Of a DNA stretch of 32,000 bases, positions 26,168 to 32,000 are shown piece by piece. The translations under genes and the position numbers were made by a program. Position 1 is the stretch's first letter. Each line of letters starts with the position of its first letter. Location: contig CP076101.2 of NCBI GenBank assembly GCA_015256915.3, forward strand, positions 1-32,000, given 5' to 3'. The notes below the pieces were generated by a model. It was not told the origin of the DNA and ran no database searches. It saw only the letters and a list, made by a program, of their open reading frames with translations. Source of the DNA: Candidatus Saccharimonas sp. Its GTDB lineage: Bacteria > Patescibacteriota > Saccharimonadia > Saccharimonadales > Saccharimonadaceae.

Positions 26168-28972
26168 TTAATTTTTAGTTGACTCTTCATACATCTCAAA
26201 TAATCTTGCTACTGTTTCACTTTTTGTTAACCAAGTCTTCTTACCATCGACAACTTTCGTCATGCCATAAGCTTCCATGACGGCTTTGTCGTTAGCTTGG
26301 TGTGCTTTTCTGAGTTCGACTGGCATGGTCAATTCATCATAGAGGTCAGCTAGCGAACTTTCTGGATAGAGCGCACGTGCATCGAGAATTGCTTGAGCAG
26401 TTTTAGAGATTTTACTCTTCTGCTCCTCAGTCAATTCAGGCCAAGGGAAATTATTATAAACAATGTCTTTTGAATATCTGTAATCAGATTTCAAACGACC
26501 AGATACTGTCCTCATCCATGCCATATGGACATTTGATGTCAATATTCCTAAATCAAGTAAATCTGCATCAGGCACTATCAAAGTTCCCATAACTGGAATT
26601 GTTTTATCATCTAAAAAACCAATTGGAACATATTTTCTTCTTTCAGAAGAAACACAAGGAATAATTAGATATTTATCAGGGTTTAATTGCTCTCTAAATA
26701 GTGTTGGTGTATTTGCTAATTTTAATGATTCAGAAGTATTCGCATTGATACGAGCTTCTCTACATTTTTCAACTCTATCCAAAACTATCGGCATTGAACG
26801 GAGTTCTTTAGGTGTGATTCCTACAAGCCACAAGCAATAGCGTTCTTTATTTTGAATAAATTCCTTTGCACCAACCATTCGCTTAATCCACTTTGCAGAT
26901 TCAGGAGATGATTTGATAAAGTCGTCATACTCCGTGGCTTCAATTTTTAGATGATTATAGTCACATGGCTTATTTGGAGCAATCATTGGCTTAGCACCAC
27001 TAATTGGCTTATTTCTACTTTCTATAAAGATATTTTCAGCTTCAATCTGATAAGCATTTATATTACTTACTTTAGATTCACTTCCATTATCATAAATAAC
27101 TTTATTCGTTGTGACCGATGTAGAACTGAATCCTACAATGATACAATGAACATGAGCTTTTAAGTTTGCATCATTATTCCAAATAAAGGATTTATAGACA
27201 AAATCAATTTCATTACCCATATCAAAGATTAGTGGCCATAGAATAGAGATTTGCTCTCCTTGCATGATTGAGTTGGTCGATACAAATGCGCTCTTGATAC
27301 TTGTACCTTCCATGAATTTAGAAGCTAACAGGTACCAACTAGCAACAAAGTCTAATTTTCTATATTTCTTAGTGTAGGGAGAAAATACGACATCCATATC
27401 TTTCTTTTGTTCAGGTGTTGAATATTTTGAGCCAACAAAAGGCGGATTCCCAATAATATAACTCAGCCTATCTTTAGGTACAATTGTTTCCCAATCAATC
27501 TTTAAAGCATTTCCTTCAACAATGTTTGTATAGGACTTAAGTGGCAAGAAATCAATATTCGCAAACACAATATCTTTAGTTTCTTCCAGCATCTGACTTT
27601 CTGCAATCCAGAGAGCCGTTTTAGCAACAGAAACCGCAAAGTCATTGATCTCGATACCATAAAATTGGTTCAGTTGGACTTTGACAAGTTCTTGTCCGAC
27701 GTCAAGCGCAATAGTGTCCCCCATATAGAGCTTAATGGCTTCATTTTCTAAGCGTCTAAGAGAAACGTATGTTTCGGTTAAGAAATTTCCAGAACCACAA
27801 GCCGGGTCAAAGAATACTAGACTCGCTAGTTTTGATTGAAACTGTTTTGCTTTTTGTTCAACGATTTTAGGCTGCTTAAATTGACGAATCTCATTCAATT
27901 CATCTTTTAACTCATCTAAGAAGAGTGGATCAATAACTTTATGGATATTCTCAATAGAGGTATAATGCATCCCGCCACTACGACGTGTTTCGGGGTTGAG
28001 AGTTGACTCAAATACTGCACCAAAAATAGTAGGGCTGATTTCTGACCAGTCGAAACTAGAAGAAGCATGCTCCAAAATTAACTCACGTAGTTCATCGGTA
28101 AAATTAGGGATTTCCAAATTATTCTCGGCAAACATTCCTCCATTAACATAGGGGAAAGCAAGAAGTTCCGTATCCAAATACGGATCACGTTCTTTAATTG
28201 GCGTATCTAGTATAGAAAAGAGGTCAATTAAAGCACGCCTAAAATCACGACTACTAAAACGGGCAAGGTAATCATGAAACACCATGTGATGGCCAAAAAT
28301 ACCAGCATCTTCAGCATATAGACAAAATACTAATCGGACTATAAGTTGATTGATAGCATGAAGGCTTTCGGGGCTATCCGGATTAATATACTGCTTAAGA
28401 AGGCTTTCATAAATCTCACCGACAATCTCACCGGCTTCGATAGAAACCTTCATTTCACGTTCTAAGTGTTCATTAGTTTTGTCAATTAAAAATTCTAAAC
28501 GATAGGCTTCTTTATCCAAATCAGCAAGTTTAATGACTTTAGGTTCGCCGTTTGGTTGCTCCATATCATAAACATAGAACTCTTTAAAATTACAAGTCAC
28601 AATCCACCGTGGACGTTGAGAATATGGCAAGTTAGCAGAATATCGTTTAGCCTGTTGAAACGGTGTAAGGTAAGTTCCATCAGACTGTTTTATCGCCTTA
28701 TTAAGGTCTTTGTTTGAACCTTTTTGTTCAATTAATACTTTTGTTTTATCAATAAAGCCATCTATAAAACTAGTATGGTCAAGCATCACTGTATCTTCAA
28801 ATGTTATATACTCACTTGGGTTTTCTACTCCATAAACAGATTGAAGTAAGTCTAACCAGAAAGACTGACTATCTTGCCTTTCGTTTCCTCTATTTCCCCA
28901 GCGTTTAATAAATGCTTTAGCTTGCTTTTTTTGTTCCCGGATATTATTCACTTTGTTCTTTCTAACTACCAC
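26168..28972 (-). CDS. MmeI-family Type IIL (Type IIG-like) fused restriction endonuclease / N6-adenine DNA methyltransferase
   Basis: 934 aa single polypeptide. N-terminal nuclease-like D...EXK arrangement (SFIDGFIDKTKVLIEQKG). Gamma-class MTase motif I (FFDPACGSGNFL) and motif IV (IIGNPPFVGS). Long C-terminal target-recognition region. Apparent GTG start 4 nt after the pgi stop. Confidence 0.85.
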   Translation of the reverse strand: MVVRKNKVNNIREQKKQAKAFIKRWGNRGNERQDSQSFWLDLLQSVYGVENPSEYITFEDTVMLDHTSFIDGFIDKTKVLIEQKGSNKDLNKAIKQSDGTYLTPFQQAKRYSANLPYSQRPRWIVTCNFKEFYVYDMEQPNGEPKVIKLADLDKEAYRLEFLIDKTNEHLEREMKVSIEAGEIVGEIYESLLKQYINPDSPESLHAINQLIVRLVFCLYAEDAGIFGHHMVFHDYLARFSSRDFRRALIDLFSILDTPIKERDPYLDTELLAFPYVNGGMFAENNLEIPNFTDELRELILEHASSSFDWSEISPTIFGAVFESTLNPETRRSGGMHYTSIENIHKVIDPLFLDELKDELNEIRQFKQPKIVEQKAKQFQSKLASLVFFDPACGSGNFLTETYVSLRRLENEAIKLYMGDTIALDVGQELVKVQLNQFYGIEINDFAVSVAKTALWIAESQMLEETKDIVFANIDFLPLKSYTNIVEGNALKIDWETIVPKDRLSYIIGNPPFVGSKYSTPEQKKDMDVVFSPYTKKYRKLDFVASWYLLASKFMEGTSIKSAFVSTNSIMQGEQISILWPLIFDMGNEIDFVYKSFIWNNDANLKAHVHCIIVGFSSTSVTTNKVIYDNGSESKVSNINAYQIEAENIFIESRNKPISGAKPMIAPNKPCDYNHLKIEATEYDDFIKSSPESAKWIKRMVGAKEFIQNKERYCLWLVGITPKELRSMPIVLDRVEKCREARINANTSESLKLANTPTLFREQLNPDKYLIIPCVSSERRKYVPIGFLDDKTIPVMGTLIVPDADLLDLGILTSNVHMAWMRTVSGRLKSDYRYSKDIVYNNFPWPELTEEQKSKISKTAQAILDARALYPESSLADLYDELTMPVELRKAHQANDKAVMEAYGMTKVVDGKKTWLTKSETVARLFEMYEESTKN

Positions 28973-28976
28973 ATTA

Positions 28977-30020
28977 TTATTTCACCAATTCAATCTTTAA
29001 TTTTTCAATTAACTCCACTGGTGTTGGGTTGACATTATTCAAAATTGCAAGATAAATACTTACGAAATCTGCTAAAATCGAACCCCAGAAAATTTGTTCA
29101 AGATAGGTTGAACCTTTAAGCTCGATATTTCGTGCAGCCGGGCGTTTTCCACTTAAAAGCCTATCTGATATTTCGAAACGCTTTTGAACTCGCGGATGGT
29201 CTAAATTACTTCGAAGATTAAAAATTGCAAAGAGTTTTTCAACTGGGTGCGAGCTCCAACCGATAAATTCATTATGATTGAATTCTGGATATTCGTTATA
29301 GAAGCTGACATTTTTAGCATTTTCATTCCAAGAAATCTTCCATTTATAAGCTAGTGGTGAAAAATCATTCGAACTTAGAAAAACTGCACTTCGCCCTGCC
29401 GAATAAAGCGCTAATTGTTTGGCATAGTTTCTCTCGGTTGAGATATTCGCCACCCAAGATTCGCTTTCTTTTCGCAAAAAATCAGCATAATGCTCAATCT
29501 CTTCGTGTTTTTCGTTCGAAATAATTCCAAAATTCACCAAAATTTTAGTTAAAGCTCTAAAATTATAAATTACCGCCATTCGTGGTTGAAGGCCTGTTGG
29601 CAATTTAACATGAGCAATCTGATTTTTGCGGGCAATTTCTTCCATTTTGCCGTGCGAAGAAACTGTGGCAACTTGTGCACCAATTTCAATTGCTTGAGTT
29701 AACGCTGAAATTGACTCTTCTGTATTTCCGGAATATGAGCTTGCGATCACTAAAGTATTTTTCGAAACACTTTTTGGTAAATTATAATTTCGAATAATTT
29801 CGATTGGTAAAGTTATTTCATTTTCGAGCCATTTTTTTACAATTAAACCGGCTAAAGCTGAGCCACCCATTCCTGTAATAACAATATTTTTGATTTCACG
29901 ACCATCATTTTCTGGTGAAATAACTTCAACTTGAAAAAGCGCCTGTTTCCACTGCTCGCTAGCGACTAAAAGCGCATTTTGCGGGTCGCGCTGAACTAAT
30001 AAATTAAAATTATCTAACAT
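28977..30020 (-). CDS. pgi: Bifunctional phosphoglucose/phosphomannose isomerase family (SIS domain)
   Basis: 347 aa. SIS motifs (ITGMGGSALAG, VIASSYSGNTEE) and a C-terminal domain typical of the archaeal/bacterial PGI/PMI family. Confidence 0.8.
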   Translation of the reverse strand: MLDNFNLLVQRDPQNALLVASEQWKQALFQVEVISPENDGREIKNIVITGMGGSALAGLIVKKWLENEITLPIEIIRNYNLPKSVSKNTLVIASSYSGNTEESISALTQAIEIGAQVATVSSHGKMEEIARKNQIAHVKLPTGLQPRMAVIYNFRALTKILVNFGIISNEKHEEIEHYADFLRKESESWVANISTERNYAKQLALYSAGRSAVFLSSNDFSPLAYKWKISWNENAKNVSFYNEYPEFNHNEFIGWSSHPVEKLFAIFNLRSNLDHPRVQKRFEISDRLLSGKRPAARNIELKGSTYLEQIFWGSILADFVSIYLAILNNVNPTPVELIEKLKIELVK

Positions 30021-30117
30021 TTTCCACCCTTCCGAAAAAATAATCTTGATTATGCTTTAATTCTATGATACAATATAATTAATAAAAAGTAAAGTCAATT
30101 AAATATAAAGGTGGGTT

Positions 30118-30579
30118 ATGGAAATTGATATGAATCAAACAAGTAAAATGCCAGTTAGCGATGATCCAGAACTCGCTAAGATTCTTTCTGGTGTTAGCGG
30201 TTCTTCAGATGATTCTGATGACAATCAAAGTACTGATGAACTCCAATATGAAGATTTAAACCAAGTTGAGGTTCCAGTTGCTGAAGAAGCTCAACCGATT
30301 GTTGAACAAACTCAGCCAACTGTAATGCCAAGTTTTGGTGGTTTAGATTTAGATACGATTAAAGGCTATGCTCTTGAAGATTTACGACCATTAGTTAATA
30401 AATTAACCGTTTCTAATGAAGAAAAATTTGATATTTATCTTTTACTTCTCCGTTCAAGTGATGATGATACCTTAATTGAACCGGCTTACAATGCTGCTCG
30501 AATGATTGAAGATGAAGCAAAGCGTGCAAATGCACTTCTCAATGTGATTAAAGAAATTGATTACTTTAAATCAAAATAA
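30118..30579 (+). CDS. Hypothetical acidic protein
   Basis: 153 aa. AAAGGTGGG ribosome-binding site upstream. Asp/Glu/Ser-rich N-terminal half and a helical C-terminal half. No recognised domain. Confidence 0.55.
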   Translation: MEIDMNQTSKMPVSDDPELAKILSGVSGSSDDSDDNQSTDELQYEDLNQVEVPVAEEAQPIVEQTQPTVMPSFGGLDLDTIKGYALEDLRPLVNKLTVSNEEKFDIYLLLLRSSDDDTLIEPAYNAARMIEDEAKRANALLNVIKEIDYFKSK

Positions 30580-30587
30580 TTATAAAG

Positions 30588-30621
30588 ACTGCGATAGATT
30601 TTAAACTCTCGCAGTTTTTTA
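30588..30621 (+). terminator. Rho-independent terminator after the acidic protein gene
   Basis: ACTGCGA (30588-30594) pairs with TCGCAGT (30609-30615), followed by TTTTTTATTTT. Confidence 0.6.
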
Positions 30622-30678
30622 TTTTATAAAATTTTAAATTGCACTCAGTTTTTTTATAAAATTATCTGTAAATTAATA

Positions 30679-30708
30679 AAAATAGGCCCTAAGTTCAGAG
30701 CCTATTTT
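30679..30708 (-). terminator. Terminator hairpin downstream of the surface-protein gene
   Basis: AAAATAGGC (30679-30687) pairs with GCCTATTTT (30700-30708), a 9 bp stem. On the minus strand it follows the stop at 30721 and ends in a T-rich tract. Confidence 0.6.
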
Positions 30709-30720
30709 GCTTTTTCAAAA

Positions 30721-32000
30721 TTAGATTTTTTTCGAATTTCTCTTCAATTTTTTAGCGAAGAATGCAATTATTGGTGTGAAAATTACAGTAACCAAACCAA
30801 TTAAAACTAATATAGTATTGCTGTCTTGTTGGTTTTGCTTTTCGCGTAAATATCCAGTTTCTGGAGAATTTAAATGTTGCTTTGCAATTTCCTCATCACG
30901 TTTTTTGATAGCTTCTGAAAGTTTGTCTACTTCAATTTGAGCTTCTTTTTGCTTGATAGAATTTTTAATTTCTTGCAATTTTTCGCTTAACTCTTGGCGT
31001 TTTTTCTCATCTTTAACTTTCGAAATTAAATTCTCAATATTTTCAATATCAACAGCTGGAAGCTCATTTTTCTTCGTTTTGTTATCTTCAATGATTTTTT
31101 CAATTTCTTTTAGCTTATCTTCAGATGATTTTTGGCGCTCACTTTCTGCTTTTTTAGCTTTTTCAATAGCCGATTTCAAATCTTCTTCTGCTTTTTTAAT
31201 TTCTTCAAAAGTTGGATTATCTTCTTTTTGAACTTCTTTAGCTTTATCTGCTTCAGTTTTAACTTCATCTTTCAGCCATTTTTGTGAATCTTCGAAATCT
31301 TTAATTTGTGAATTTAAGGCTGTTTTATCAGCTCGTAAACCGTTCAAAGCGCTTTCAAGTTCATTAATTGCTTCTAATATTTCACTCTCTGAAGCAAGAT
31401 CTTCGGTTGAATTTTTTATCGCCTCGGCAGTTTTAAGTTGGCTTGAAATATTTAAGTTTGACGCTGCATCTACAACTTCTTGCAACTGTGCTAAAGTTTC
31501 CTTAGAAAAATTATTAAGATTTTTTAAATTAGCAATTTTGTCTAAAGTTTGCTCCAACTTTTTGGTATTTTTATTATAGCGTTCAGCAATTTTCTCTAGC
31601 TCTTTAAGATTTGCTTGTTTTGCTACAGGGTCAAGAATTTTATCATTTTCATTCATGACATCTTTAAAATCGGTTATATATTCAATCATTTTCTTTAATT
31701 CGTTAATTGCATTTGAAATATCAGTTTTGCGCTCATTTTCTAGAGCTACGATTTCGGCAATTTTATTGTTTAAAGAATCTGCTGCGTTTTTAACGTCATC
31801 GTTGGTTATTCCTAAAGGCTGCGTTTCAGTACGCTTAACCTCAGTTAATAAATTAGCAGGGATTGCATTTTTAATATAATCTGGCTGTTTTTCGAAATTT
31901 TCAAGAGCTTTTTTAGCTGGCTCACGAGAAGCGAAAGCAGTTAAAAGCCTAAATTGAGCGGTCGTGGTATTTCCGTATTTATTTGTAGCCTTAACTGTAA
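30721..32000 (-). CDS. Coiled-coil surface protein, 5'-truncated by the window edge, with an LPXTG-like (SPETG) C-terminal anchor
   Basis: The frame stays open upstream of the listed ATG (31689) to nt 31998 in my translation (TVKATNKYGNTTTAQFRLL...ELKKMIE), so the gene probably starts beyond the window. Lys/Glu-rich heptad-like sequence. The C-terminus has SPETG, a hydrophobic helix and a basic tail (KKLKRNSKKI). Confidence 0.6.
   Translation of the reverse strand, partial: TVKATNKYGNTTTAQFRLLTAFASREPAKKALENFEKQPDYIKNAIPANLLTEVKRTETQPLGITNDDVKNAADSLNNKIAEIVALENERKTDISNAINELKKMIEYITDFKDVMNENDKILDPVAKQANLKELEKIAERYNKNTKKLEQTLDKIANLKNLNNFSKETLAQLQEVVDAASNLNISSQLKTAEAIKNSTEDLASESEILEAINELESALNGLRADKTALNSQIKDFEDSQKWLKDEVKTEADKAKEVQKEDNPTFEEIKKAEEDLKSAIEKAKKAESERQKSSEDKLKEIEKIIEDNKTKKNELPAVDIENIENLISKVKDEKKRQELSEKLQEIKNSIKQKEAQIEVDKLSEAIKKRDEEIAKQHLNSPETGYLREKQNQQDSNTILVLIGLVTVIFTPIIAFFAKKLKRNSKKI

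Noticed and set aside
26168-28972. Alternative identities for the 934 aa methyltransferase: BREX PglX, Type I HsdM or an orphan MTase
   Set aside because: The N-terminal D...EXK nuclease-like domain and the size of about 930 aa fit the MmeI Type IIL family better. The fused C-terminal recognition region and the lack of HsdS/HsdR or BREX partner genes point the same way.
23867-28976. Calling the RM/HEPN-like islet a mobile element, prophage or ICE
   Set aside because: I found no integrase, transposase, recombinase, inverted terminal repeats or duplicated tRNA 3' end. Only compositional foreignness is supported, so it is reported as an islet, not a mobile_element feature.
1-32000. Alternative genetic code (UGA recoded, as in Gracilibacteria, Absconditabacteria or Mollicutes)
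   Set aside because: ORFs of 1055, 934, 901, 620 and 619 aa are uninterrupted under the standard code, and conserved proteins have normal lengths. Recoded genomes would show frequent in-frame TGA breaks.
1-32000. CRISPR arrays, rRNA genes or large interspersed DNA repeats
   Set aside because: I saw no regularly spaced direct repeats of 24-40 nt, no rRNA-like conserved segments and no long duplicated non-coding blocks. The only repetition is the pilin paralogy, the two tRNA-Ser genes and the short iterated palindrome.

Overview
Low-GC (about one-third G+C by eye) bacterial chromosome segment that begins exactly at the dnaA ATG. Gene content and style (compact genes, a Gram-positive-type T4SS with PrgI-like, VirB4 and VirB6-like genes plus a tandem array of small T4SS-pilin-like genes, comF) suggest a reduced-genome Patescibacteria/CPR organism, possibly Saccharibacteria-like; that placement is inference only. 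Long ORFs are intact under the standard genetic code. Layout: (1) dnaA, an oriC-like spacer with TTTTCCACA DnaA boxes, dnaN and recF. (2) A tightly coupled 12.4 kb minus-strand operon (4023-16464): VirB6-like, PrgI/VirB3-like, a 258 aa unknown, VirB4 ATPase, a 1055 aa membrane protein ending in an M23 peptidase, a 551 aa lysozyme/SGNH/NlpC-P60-like hydrolase and a PEGA protein. (3) Six divergently transcribed paralogous pilin-like genes (16553-19270). (4) A housekeeping stretch with hsp20, comF, tRNA-Ser(UGA), tRNA-Arg(GCG), a PdaC-like deacetylase and tRNA-Ser(CGA). (5) A compositionally foreign two-gene islet (24227-28972): an MmeI-family Type IIL restriction-modification enzyme followed by an uncharacterised, very AT-rich 620 aa protein with a C-terminal HEPN-like RNxxxH motif. 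This is my best candidate for an undescribed defence module. (6) A PGI/PMI-type isomerase, an acidic small protein and a 5'-truncated coiled-coil surface protein. A window-wide signal stands out: the palindrome TTCGAA (mostly TTTCGAAA) occurs about 95 times by manual count against roughly 11 expected from base composition. It occurs in all reading frames, on both strands and in intergenic DNA, and is almost absent from the defence islet. No CRISPR array, rRNA, transposase or integrase was seen.
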